A program made the translations under genes and the position numbers. The notes beneath the pieces were generated by a model. The model saw only the letters and a program-made list of their open reading frames with translations, had not been told where the DNA came from and ran no database searches. Source: an uncultured Acidobacteriaceae bacterium (GTDB taxonomy: Bacteria > Acidobacteriota > Terriglobia > Terriglobales > Acidobacteriaceae). Taken from it: 64,000 nt of DNA. Shown in pieces: positions 1 through 8,326 of this stretch. Where the stretch lies: NCBI GenBank assembly GCA_963830325.1, contig CAWHMV010000019.1, positions 17,168-81,167 of the forward strand. The letters run 5' to 3'. Positions within the stretch are counted from its first letter, which is position 1. Each line of letters starts with the position of its first letter.

Positions 1-1094
1 GAGAGAGATGCATCGTCGCTGGCGAGGCGAGCATTGGCATATGCCAAGGCGAGGTCTCGAGAAGCACTCGGCGGAGCCGCTTGCAGTGCGGGAAGGCATG
101 CGCGAAGCTCATCCTGAGCGTGTGGGGATAAGTCCTCGGCCCCAGCCGGATAGGGACGAGGCAAGCCAAGAGCATTTGCTGCCTGGTGTGGTCCAGCGTG
201 AATGGCTTTCCCAAATAAGGCCAGCGCATCGTCAGGCTTGTTTTCAAGCAAGGCTATCTCGCCCAGCCTAGCGAGGGCAGCGGCTGAGCCTGGATTTGCC
301 TCCAGTTCGTGCTGATACTCCTGGGTTGCAATTTCCAGCTTGTCCCTGCGCACGGCAATGTCACCCAGGCCGTAATGGGCGCCCTGCCAGTGAGGATCTT
401 GTTCGAGCGCTCGATAATAGTGGGCTGCCGCGTTTTCCCAGGAACGCTCGTCTTTGTAGATGTCTCCGTAGACCTGGTGCGCCAGGGGCTCGCCCCTGGC
501 CGCAGTGAGAACACTCTGGATACCCAGATCAGCTGCCTTGCGATAGGCCTCTCCCAGATCCAACAGCAGCGCCGGATCAGAAGGGAAAAGCAGACTAGTC
601 TTGCGCGCCTGCTCGATCGCCGGCTGGATTCGTCCGTCATCCCACAACGCTCTGGCAAGCCAGGTATGTGCCTGCTTATTGGCTGGTTCCAGTCGCACCG
701 CTTCGACAAGTTGTGGGACTGCGAGAGCCGTCTGTCTCTGCTTTACGTAGTCGATACCCAGGTAGAGGCTGACGCCGGGCAATCCGCGCTTCAGCTTTTC
801 GGCCTTGGCCAGGGTGCGCGCAGAGTCTGCAAATTTTCCCTGGACGTTGTACACCAGCCCCAGACTTGCGTAGGCCTCGGCAACATCCGGCCGAAGACGG
901 ATAACTGCCAGGTACTCTGTTGCCGCGAGATCGAGGTTGCCTGCATCCTGCGCCTGGTGGGCGGCAGCGAAGTGTTGCGCTGCTTCCGCGTCGGCATCCT
1001 GCGCCCAGAGTTTTGCGCCACAAACCAAGGTAGAGAAGGCCCAAAGAGCGGTGTACCCGATGATCAAAAACCGATGGCTGCTGCAACTCAGCAT
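1..1094 (-). CDS. TPR-repeat protein with signal peptide (C-terminus lies beyond the left window edge)
   Basis: Open at the window edge, so absent from the ORF track. Minus-strand translation from ATG 1094-1092 runs without a stop to position 3: MLSCSSHRFLIIGYTALWAFSTLVCGAKLWAQDADAEAAQHFAAAHQAQDAGNLDLAATEYLAVIRLRPDVAEAYASLGLVYNVQGKF... The N-terminus is hydrophobic. Repeated ~34-residue TPR-like units follow (e.g. AHYYRALEQDPHWQGAHYGLGDIAVRRDKLEIATQEYQHELEANP). Confidence 0.7.
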   Translation of the reverse strand, partial: MLSCSSHRFLIIGYTALWAFSTLVCGAKLWAQDADAEAAQHFAAAHQAQDAGNLDLAATEYLAVIRLRPDVAEAYASLGLVYNVQGKFADSARTLAKAEKLKRGLPGVSLYLGIDYVKQRQTALAVPQLVEAVRLEPANKQAHTWLARALWDDGRIQPAIEQARKTSLLFPSDPALLLDLGEAYRKAADLGIQSVLTAARGEPLAHQVYGDIYKDERSWENAAAHYYRALEQDPHWQGAHYGLGDIAVRRDKLEIATQEYQHELEANPGSAAALARLGEIALLENKPDDALALFGKAIHAGPHQAANALGLPRPYPAGAEDLSPHAQDELRACLPALQAAPPSASRDLALAYANARLASDDASL

Positions 1095-1120
1095 GGACCT
1101 GCCTGGCGACGACCGTCGAA

Positions 1121-1153
1121 AAGAATAAGGGGGGAACGCTGAGCGCTCCCCCT
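1121..1153 (-). terminator. Intrinsic-terminator-like hairpin downstream of the TonB receptor gene
   Basis: The minus strand reads GGGGGAGCGC-tca-GCGTTCCCCC (one mismatch) followed by TTATTCTTTTCG. It lies between the receptor stop (1231) and the next start (1094). Confidence 0.5.
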
Positions 1154-1185
1154 TTGGTATTGCCAACCTATATATCATACTTCGC

Positions 1186-1221
1186 GATGCGGAAGGCCGC
1201 GGGTTGCCGGCCTTCCGCATC
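1186..1221 (-). terminator. Perfect 14-bp stem-loop 10 nt after the TonB receptor stop codon
   Basis: 1186-1199 gatgcggaaggccg pairs perfectly with 1208-1221 cggccttccgcatc, with an 8-nt loop. There is no U-tract, so a terminator, processing or stabiliser role is uncertain. Confidence 0.4.
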
Positions 1222-1230
1222 CCGGTTACA

Positions 1231-4200
1231 TCAGAACGTTATTCGGAAGTTAGCCTGTAATGTTCGAGCCGACGAAACAATGCCCGACTCGTTGTTGTTG
1301 GTTTCCGAGTTGGGACCGGTACCGCATTGGAACTGCCCGAAGGCTGGATCCCCTACGTGATAATCCATACATCCAAAGCTGTGGCGGTTGAATATGTTGA
1401 ACGCGTCGAATCGGAAGAGGAAATTGACCCGTTCCGTAAAGAGCGGGATTCGTTTGGAAGCTTGCAGGTCCTCTTCCTTGTGGGTGAAGTTGCGTACATT
1501 GCCGAGCGTTTTCGGAGCATCTCCAAAGGTATAGTTCGGCGCTTGGGTGAAAGCGGCAGCGTTAATTTTGGCAGTCGTCCCAAATTTATAAGCCCCGAGT
1601 TTCCCAAAGAAGGCGCTAGGATTTACCCCTGGGACTACGTTAGGCCGTGCGTTGCCTCCCGTTGCCTGGCCCGCAAAGGTACCAGCGGTCCAATTGTTTT
1701 CCTGCACGAACAGAGGGAAGCCGGTCGCGTAGGTATCTATACCGCCTAACGTCCAGCCGCCGATCGCCGCATCGGTCAATTTGTTGACATTACCCCCCCA
1801 CTTCTTTCCTTTCCCGAAAGGAAGCTCATAGGTGTAAGCAATTTTGAATTGCTGCGGTTGATCGAATTCGCTGTAGGTTTTTTCCTTCCCGGGATCATAA
1901 GGATCAAACATTCCGCCTACGCCGCCATTCCACGCTTCCTGCGGGGCATAGTCCGAATCAGCATTCGTAAGATTCTTCGACCAGGTGTAGTTGCTCAATA
2001 TAGTCAATCCAGACCCGTAGCGCTTGGTTACTTGTATCTGCAGTGCTTCGTAACTGTAATTGCCCCATGGATTGGCGCTGAACGACGTGTCCAAGTCTTC
2101 GGTCGAGTACTGCGGGAAAGGCCGCAGAGCCTGAGCAACCGTAGCGCCAGAGCCAAAGTCGTTTTGGAAGTTCGTGTACGGGTTGCCAACAGCCGGTAGT
2201 CCCGCGCAAGCGGGGTTGCCCGCGGATCCCGCTAGTGGAACCGCCAGGCAGTTGCCGTATACCAGGGCTGATGCAGGAGCAACGTTGGGATCCTTTAGCA
2301 ACGCCTGCAAGTGACTTCCATGGTTGCCGACGTATGCCATATCGACGAGCCATTGGCCGGGGAACTCGCGCTGTATATCGAGTGTCCAGTTATTCACGTC
2401 GCCAGGCCTGCCAAGCCTGCTGGGGAGCATTACCGGGCCACCGCTCGCCGCGCCACCGCCGCCACCGTTACCGTTCAGGGCGGTTGGGGTGATGGTCGGC
2501 GGTATCGAGCCGGGATAACTTTGCACTGTGCTGGGGATAACGGAAGGTGTTTGTTGGTTGATCGGGGTAGGCCATTTATATCCGGCGGCGAAGAAGCCCA
2601 GACTGTCGGTGTTCGCGAAGTTGGATATCTTCATTGGGGTTTGGTAGAGGCCGTAAGCGGCGCGGACTACCGTCCGGGGGTCGATTTGGTATGCCAAGCC
2701 TACGCGAGGCCCCCACGATCCCCAATACTGGTTCATCGGGGAGCATCTGCCGTCTCTGCCTGGGCCAGTTCCCTGAAACTCGTACGCACCAGGCAGGCCG
2801 TCGGCACCGGGATTGGCCAGGGTTGGATTGACTTGAGATGTCCTGCACTTTTCCTCAAATACTGGCTGCGGGATCTCATAGCGCAGGCCCAGGTTCAGGG
2901 TGAGCTTGGGGCTAACTTTCCAGTCGTCCATGGCGTAGAACCCCCAACCGTGTACGCGCATGGCAGCGGTTTGGGGGCCACCAACGTTCCCGTTCGACGC
3001 CGCCCCGAGAAAGAAGGATGCCGCGCCCGACCCGGAGTTCGGATCGACGGGGTTGCCGTTTGCCAGATTTCCAGCGGAAGTCAAAGCATTGTCGAAGCCG
3101 AACTGGGGAGAGGCGTTGCTGAAGTAGTTCGAGTTGAAGCCCTGGCGCCGGTACACAAAGCCAAACTTCCAGTTGTGCCTGCCTTTAACCCACGACACCG
3201 AGTCGTCCCATTGGTAGCTATTGTCTATGAAGGTGCTGTTGTCGCCTGGAGGCGTGGGCATCGTGGCTGCCGTCGCGGGGACGTATTGGATGTGGTTACC
3301 GGGGATAAGAATGTCCTGATAGTAGCCGTGAAAGTCGATCTTATCCGCCCATGATCCAACACCGCCTTCACCCTGCTCGATGCGGAAGCGGCGGGTATAA
3401 CCGGCATTGAAGTGGTTTAAGAGCGTGGGCGTGATGGCATAGTCTTCACCGATGCGAACATAGTGTGTCGTGGTACTGCCGAAGCTCTGGTCGTAGAGAC
3501 CCTTCGGCCCGTAGGAGTAAATGTTGATAATCGGCAGGTCGGCTTGCGCATAGCTGCCGAAGAGCTTATGCTTCTGCCCGATATTCTGGTCGATGCGGGT
3601 CGAATAGAGATCGTTGTTGATCGGCGCCAGAAGGGTATATGCCAGGTTCTGAAAAGGCTGACCGGGGTTGGTGGCTACCGGGAGATAGGGAATGAAGGCC
3701 TTGGCATACGGGTCGAGCCTATCCGCCGGAATCTGGTTGTTGGGAAATGCCTGGCAGGGTTTCCCCAGGTTGGCTCCTGAGCAGGTGGTGTAGTCATAGA
3801 TTTTCTGTGCCGGGTAAGTGACGCCATTGATGGTCTCGCCGTTCAGGACCTGGGAAAAATCTCCCGTCCACATTTGCGGCGTCGCCGTCGAGGTAAGGGC
3901 GGGGCCACCGGACTTGAAGCGAAATCCCTCATAGCTGAAAAACCAGAAAGACTTCCCCCGACCGTCATAAATCTTTGGGATAAATACCGGACCGCCACCA
4001 AATCCGCCAAAGTCGTTTTGGGTATCGTTCTGCCTGCCGACGCCGGTGTGGTTGTTTTGCCAGCTGTTGGCGTCAAACGCCGCGTTCTTCAGCAGGTCAT
4101 ACACGGCGCCGTGGAAGTCATTGGTTCCCGACTTGGAGGCCACGTTGACGAAGCCGCCGCCGGTACGCCCGAATTCCGCTGCGAAGGTGCTGGTCTGTAC

Positions 4201-4887
4201 TTTGAACTCAGAGACCGCATCGACGCTGATGCCGAAGTTCCACTGGTAGTTCGGGGAAGCCAGCTGAATCGACGAACCATCCAGGATCACGTCAGCTTGC
4301 CCCGTTCCCGCGCCGTTGAGTTTAAAACTAGACTGCGATTGGGCGTTGCCCGTTGCATCACCTTGAAACCCCGGGGTCAGCGTCATGAAATTGAGGGGGC
4401 TGCGAATCACGCCACTGAAATTCAGTGGGAGTTGCGCGATCAACTGCCCGGGGACCGTGGTCCCTACGTCGGAGCTCTCCGTCTGGATCTGTTGCGCGTT
4501 TGCCGTCACGGTGACCGATTGCGAGGCCTGACCTACCTGGAGGGCAATGTCGAGGGTGCTCAGTGTTCCGATCGAAACCGTAATGCCTTCCTGAACGGCT
4601 TCTTTGAAACCTGGGGCAGTTACCGAAACTTTGTAAGTGCCGACCGGCAGTTGGGGATAGAGAAAGCGGCCGTCGCCGTTGGTAGCCAACGGGTAGGTAG
4701 AGTTGGTGTTGGTATTGGTGATCGTGACAGCAGCATTCGGAACGACAGCGCCTGCTGGATCGTGAACGGTACCCACCATGGATCCGCCGCCGGCCTGGGC
4801 CCACATCGCTGACGACGTTGCTAGAAATACCGCGAACACTGGCAATAACTGCTGCAGAGCAGTTTTAAATCTATTGGTCTCGATCAC
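1231..4887 (-). CDS. TonB-dependent receptor, Oar-like, with N-terminal carboxypeptidase-regulatory-like domain
   Basis: Very long ORF (track 1231..4902, 1223 aa). It has a signal peptide (...FLATSSAMWAQA) and a CarboxypepD_reg-type beta-sandwich (GTVHDPAGAVVPNAAVTITNTNTNSTY...GTYKVSVTAPGFK). A Gly/Asn/Tyr-rich barrel follows, ending in the terminal aromatic ...NFRITF. GAGGAG lies 7 nt upstream of GTG at 4887. The track start at 4902 is a TTG with no SD. Confidence 0.9.
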   Translation of the reverse strand: MIETNRFKTALQQLLPVFAVFLATSSAMWAQAGGGSMVGTVHDPAGAVVPNAAVTITNTNTNSTYPLATNGDGRFLYPQLPVGTYKVSVTAPGFKEAVQEGITVSIGTLSTLDIALQVGQASQSVTVTANAQQIQTESSDVGTTVPGQLIAQLPLNFSGVIRSPLNFMTLTPGFQGDATGNAQSQSSFKLNGAGTGQADVILDGSSIQLASPNYQWNFGISVDAVSEFKVQTSTFAAEFGRTGGGFVNVASKSGTNDFHGAVYDLLKNAAFDANSWQNNHTGVGRQNDTQNDFGGFGGGPVFIPKIYDGRGKSFWFFSYEGFRFKSGGPALTSTATPQMWTGDFSQVLNGETINGVTYPAQKIYDYTTCSGANLGKPCQAFPNNQIPADRLDPYAKAFIPYLPVATNPGQPFQNLAYTLLAPINNDLYSTRIDQNIGQKHKLFGSYAQADLPIINIYSYGPKGLYDQSFGSTTTHYVRIGEDYAITPTLLNHFNAGYTRRFRIEQGEGGVGSWADKIDFHGYYQDILIPGNHIQYVPATAATMPTPPGDNSTFIDNSYQWDDSVSWVKGRHNWKFGFVYRRQGFNSNYFSNASPQFGFDNALTSAGNLANGNPVDPNSGSGAASFFLGAASNGNVGGPQTAAMRVHGWGFYAMDDWKVSPKLTLNLGLRYEIPQPVFEEKCRTSQVNPTLANPGADGLPGAYEFQGTGPGRDGRCSPMNQYWGSWGPRVGLAYQIDPRTVVRAAYGLYQTPMKISNFANTDSLGFFAAGYKWPTPINQQTPSVIPSTVQSYPGSIPPTITPTALNGNGGGGGAASGGPVMLPSRLGRPGDVNNWTLDIQREFPGQWLVDMAYVGNHGSHLQALLKDPNVAPASALVYGNCLAVPLAGSAGNPACAGLPAVGNPYTNFQNDFGSGATVAQALRPFPQYSTEDLDTSFSANPWGNYSYEALQIQVTKRYGSGLTILSNYTWSKNLTNADSDYAPQEAWNGGVGGMFDPYDPGKEKTYSEFDQPQQFKIAYTYELPFGKGKKWGGNVNKLTDAAIGGWTLGGIDTYATGFPLFVQENNWTAGTFAGQATGGNARPNVVPGVNPSAFFGKLGAYKFGTTAKINAAAFTQAPNYTFGDAPKTLGNVRNFTHKEEDLQASKRIPLFTERVNFLFRFDAFNIFNRHSFGCMDYHVGDPAFGQFQCGTGPNSETNNNESGIVSSARTLQANFRITF

Positions 4888-4984
4888 AGATCTTCTCCTC
4901 AAGTTACAACTTTGTTGGTCAGTCTTAGTACCGTGGATGGCCTTACGATGGCCTCTCTATGTCGGCTGCACATCGTTAAAAATC

Positions 4985-5006
4985 ATTAGTTCCCTATCGA
5001 ACTAAT
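4985..5006. promoter_or_regulatory. Perfect palindrome ATTAGTTC-N6-GAACTAAT (candidate operator) in the receptor leader
   Basis: 4985-4992 attagttc and 4999-5006 gaactaat are exact reverse complements. The site lies downstream of the predicted promoter and ~85-100 nt upstream of the start codon. Confidence 0.45.
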
Positions 5007-5045
5007 TACCTACGCAAATTGCTCGGCATTGGTGCGCGGTAATTT

Positions 5046-5073
5046 CATATAGTTGGCGTCAGATGAGTGTCAA
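5046..5073 (-). promoter_or_regulatory. Sigma-70-type promoter for the TonB receptor gene
   Basis: Minus strand: TTGACA (5073-5068), 16-nt spacer, TATATG (5051-5046). Confidence 0.5.
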
Positions 5074-5398
5074 GAACTATTTCTAAAACCAGTTCCGTAT
5101 TGAACTCTTGTAACCAGGGCTGTGACGTACTTACGTGCTAAGGCCTTAGCATCTAGGCTGTTTGTGGATTGACTGCCAAGATAGGTGCTTCCGACCCCGA
5201 TTTGTATCATGCCCACTATATCCGGCGCTAACGGACGAGTTAACTAGGGATTTCCCTAGTTGGCTTGGAGGTGTGGCTACTTACTATTCAGGAGGCGAGG
5301 GTGGTGCCGAACGCGTAGTGTCCAGATTTGGGCAGCTTCTTCCCGGAAGCAGCAGGAAGGAAATCGCAAATTTCCTGGCTACGTTCGCTCTCCAGATG

Positions 5399-5730
5399 AA
5401 CATTTCCACGAGACGTCCGCAGAACTGCAGATCCCTCGGCTTCGCTCCCAATGAACAAAAAGCTAAAGTCAATAGAATCACCATCGATTCGAGCGTTCAT
5501 TTCTCTCTTAACTTGCCGCAGGCAAGTCGCTTGCTCGGGATGACAAAAAGGAGAGGGTTATTGTAGGGAGAGGGCCGTTGCCAACGGACAGGGCGTCGTT
5601 AAGGCGGGAGACCTTCAGCAGCCGCCCTTGCCTTCATTAACCGCCCTTGCCTTACGACAACCCTCTCCTTTTTGTCATCCCGAGCGAAGCCGAGGGATCT
5701 GCAGTTCTGCGGACGTCTCGTGGAAATGTT
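5399..5730. repeat. Fold-back repeat: 49-bp perfect inverted repeat enclosing a 23-bp inverted pair (GTCATCCCGAGCGAAGCCGAGGGATCTGCAG family)
   Basis: 5399-5447 is the exact reverse complement of 5682-5730. The inner arms 5537-5559 and 5659-5681 are also exact complements. The sub-block 5494-5555 (cgttcatttctctcttaacttgccgcaggcaagtcgcttgctcgggatgac...) recurs at 22561-22620 on the other strand. Track ORFs 5162..5566 and 5628..6029 are translations of this repeat. Confidence 0.9.
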
Positions 5731-5781
5731 TTCGACCGGCCCCTAAGCTGGACGGGAACGTGACCTCGCGTCCCCTCGCTC

Positions 5782-6891
5782 TTACGATGCGGATCCATCG
5801 GGATTTGGCAACAGCAAATCACGGACACGAACGGCTAATTCGTGTGTGGCCTCGAGGAACTGGCGCAGTGTACGGACAGTCGGACCGTAAGTGTCAAATT
5901 CGGCCAGCGAGAGCCCATCTTCGTTGTAGGCGCGGCGGAAGTCAGGGAACTTCCGCAACAGCTCGTCGACAATTTCAGGGTCCACCGGATTTTCGATACG
6001 GGAGGCGACACGGACGTCGCTGCCATTGAAGCGAACCTGCCACTTGTAAGGCGGAGAAATCACTACATCGCCACCTACCAGTTCACTCCATTGCATGTGA
6101 TTGCGGAATGCCGCGGAGAGCAGGCGGACGCGATAGCCGCGTTCCTGAAAGATCTTGTAAGCCTTTTTGAATACCGCGACCCCAGCCCATTCCAGGTAGC
6201 CGGGTTCGAGGATAATATCCTGCTTCTCGGCGACCACCTTCAGCCAATCGTCCAGCCTGCCGCCCATGATCGTACACACGGGACCCATCCGGGATATATC
6301 CAGACCTTCCTTCTGCCGCCGTTGGAAGCCCCGCTCCATCGCTTCGGCGACGGCAATGCATTGCGGCAGCGCAAAAGAGACGGTCGCATTGATGCTGATG
6401 CCGCGATAGGTCGCCTCCTCAATCGCAGCGATCCCTGCCTGGGTTGCAGGAATTTTCACGATCATGTTCGGCGCCAGGGCATTGAAGCGCAACGCCTGCT
6501 GCAGCAGGGCGTCGGCATTGCGATAGTAGTGCGGATCGGTCTGAATCGAGAGCCTGCCGTTTCTGCCTTGGTACCGGGCGAAAACCGGCAGCAGCAATTC
6601 TGATCGCTTGGCCGAAATCTCTTCCACCAGCTTCCAACCAACCTCTTCTTCCGTTGCGGTGGGGAGTTCTTTGGCAAAGGCCCGGATGCGATCATTCCAG
6701 AGATGAGCTTCTTTTTTAAGGGCGTCCAGTACGATGACGGGGTTGCAGGTAGCACCCACCGCACCATGCTCGATCGAATAGGTCAACTCCGATAGGGTCG
6801 CCGAGTCGTTCCACAGGCAGGTGGGCGTCGTCTGCGTCATCTCGTACAAAGGGCTCTTGTACGCAACCGGCTTCTCCAGGGTCTTACTCAT
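5782..6891 (-). CDS. tal: Transaldolase
   Basis: 369 aa. Transaldolase-family N-terminus (...TPTCLWNDSATLSELTYSIEHGAVGATCNPVIV...) and the Schiff-base lysine context (NMIVKIPAT). Strong SD GGAGGAG upstream of ATG 6891. The gene lies 13 nt downstream of the ADH gene. Confidence 0.85.
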   Translation of the reverse strand: MSKTLEKPVAYKSPLYEMTQTTPTCLWNDSATLSELTYSIEHGAVGATCNPVIVLDALKKEAHLWNDRIRAFAKELPTATEEEVGWKLVEEISAKRSELLLPVFARYQGRNGRLSIQTDPHYYRNADALLQQALRFNALAPNMIVKIPATQAGIAAIEEATYRGISINATVSFALPQCIAVAEAMERGFQRRQKEGLDISRMGPVCTIMGGRLDDWLKVVAEKQDIILEPGYLEWAGVAVFKKAYKIFQERGYRVRLLSAAFRNHMQWSELVGGDVVISPPYKWQVRFNGSDVRVASRIENPVDPEIVDELLRKFPDFRRAYNEDGLSLAEFDTYGPTVRTLRQFLEATHELAVRVRDLLLPNPDGSAS

Positions 6892-6903
6892 GACTCTCCT
6901 CCG

Positions 6904-7941
6904 CTATTTCTCCGGATACATCAATACTTTAATCGCCTTCTTTTCGTCGCATAGGCGAAAAGCGGTTTGCCAGTCCGATATGGGAAGCTTGGTGGAGATC
7001 AGATCGTTCAGCCGAATACGACCCTCGGCGTAGATCTTCATCATGCGCTCCCAGGTACGAGCGGTATAGCAGACGGAGCCGGACATCGTTAGCTGCTTGT
7101 AAAAGATCAGATCGATGGGGAATTGAATATCCTGTCCGCAGATGGCGACCTGGGTGTAGCGCCCCATGGGACGAAGGGATTCGAGGCATCCACGGACGGA
7201 GCTGGGATGCCCGGCACACTCGAAGGCCACATCCACGCCGACTCCGCTGGTGTGCTCCTGAATCGCTTCGTTGAGGCTTACCTCGCCTATGTTGATCACG
7301 GCTGCCGCGCCAATACGGAGGGCCGCATTCAAGCGTTCCGTGTCTCCCGGAGCACCGGCGACGATGGTTCGTATCCCTTCCGCAACCAGTAGTTTGAGGC
7401 AGAGGAGTCCCATGGGTCCTGGCCCGGAAATGAGGGCGGTGTCTCCAATGCGCACATTCGTAATTTCGGTGACTGCCTGGACCACGGCCGCGAAGGGTTC
7501 GCTCATGGCGGCTTCGTCGAGTGAAAAGTTTTCAGGAATGCGATAGAGCTGATCGGGACGCATGACCACGTAGCGGGTAAATGCGCCATTTACCCCGTGA
7601 CCCATGCCCCGGCGATTGGAGCAAAAGATGAAGTATCCAGAGAGGCAGTACTCGCATTGACCACAGGTAACTGCGGTGGCTCCCAGGCCTGTAACTCTCT
7701 CCCCTATCGCGGCGTGGTGGTTGACGTTCCGGCCCACCTCGACCACGGTGCCGGAAAATTCATGCCCCAGAATGACCGGAGGATAATTGCGAAACGTATC
7801 GTGAAGAACGTGGATATCCGTGCCGCAGATTCCACAATAAGCGATCTCCAGCTTTACCTGGTCGTCTCCGCAACGAGGTTCCTCAACTTCGCGTATATCG
7901 ACGTTCCCTTCGCCACTCGCGTACTTGACCAGAGCTTTCAT
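6904..7941 (-). CDS. Zn-dependent medium-chain alcohol/polyol dehydrogenase (sorbitol/threonine-DH-like)
   Basis: 345 aa. Catalytic zinc motif CGICGTDIH...GHEFSGTVVEVG, structural zinc cluster CGQCEYCLSGYFIFC, and Rossmann motif LISGPGPMG. Confidence 0.85.
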   Translation of the reverse strand: MKALVKYASGEGNVDIREVEEPRCGDDQVKLEIAYCGICGTDIHVLHDTFRNYPPVILGHEFSGTVVEVGRNVNHHAAIGERVTGLGATAVTCGQCEYCLSGYFIFCSNRRGMGHGVNGAFTRYVVMRPDQLYRIPENFSLDEAAMSEPFAAVVQAVTEITNVRIGDTALISGPGPMGLLCLKLLVAEGIRTIVAGAPGDTERLNAALRIGAAAVINIGEVSLNEAIQEHTSGVGVDVAFECAGHPSSVRGCLESLRPMGRYTQVAICGQDIQFPIDLIFYKQLTMSGSVCYTARTWERMMKIYAEGRIRLNDLISTKLPISDWQTAFRLCDEKKAIKVLMYPEK

Positions 7942-8326
7942 GTTGGCGGGTCCTTAACCGCTACGAACTAAATGCGTGCAACTTATGTACCGCTTCCATC
8001 TTTCACAGCGTTCGCGAAAGGTTGGCTTGTGACCTTCAGGGTGTAGACGCGAGCGGGGGCTACGCAGGTTTCAAAAGAGAGTAGCAAGGGCCTCAAAGCG
8101 CACCAGACTCCATGTCAGGCCACCATCGACAACAACTCTTGCAAAGATCGACCATCGTCCAAGTTCCTGTTGGAACTCCTTTATAGTTAGTATCTTGTCG
8201 CAATATAAGGCCGAGCCAGTCGAATTAGCAAGACGGGCTCTGGTAACCAAGGTGGAGTTTACCGGGCGACCGAGATAGTGGGCATGCACAGGCTTGACCG
8301 CTTAAGCATTGGTTTTGCTGGCTGTT

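Noticed and set aside
2311-3354. 347-aa plus-strand ORF (and 3874..4812, 312 aa) inside the TonB receptor gene
   Set aside because: These lie antisense to a clearly real 1200-aa gene. The Arg/Gly/Ala-rich composition is typical of shadow ORFs in GC-rich DNA. There is no SD and no recognisable motif.
5162-6029. Track ORFs 5162..5566 and 5628..6029. Analogous ORFs lie over other repeats (19086..19505, 26900..27127, 34909..35121, 47057..47443, 49066..49260, 51766..52218, 56950..57141).
   Set aside because: They are translations of the palindromic repeat elements. The same peptide-like strings (e.g. CHPERSRGICSS, YPGLRPGLSSAVPSGL) arise wherever the repeat occurs and in both orientations. There are no SDs.
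8263-8278. 16-nt identity cgggcgaccgagatag shared with 14110-14125 (both in minus-strand leaders), and 12-nt catgcccactat shared between 5208-5219 and 8275-8286
   Set aside because: For ~128 kb of two-strand sequence, roughly one to two chance 16-mer repeats and hundreds of 12-mer repeats are expected. There is no supporting symmetry or positional logic.
8071-8289. 72-aa minus-strand ORF in the ADH upstream region
   Set aside because: It has a GTG start without an SD and no recognisable features. It was kept only as part of the unassigned-leader finding.
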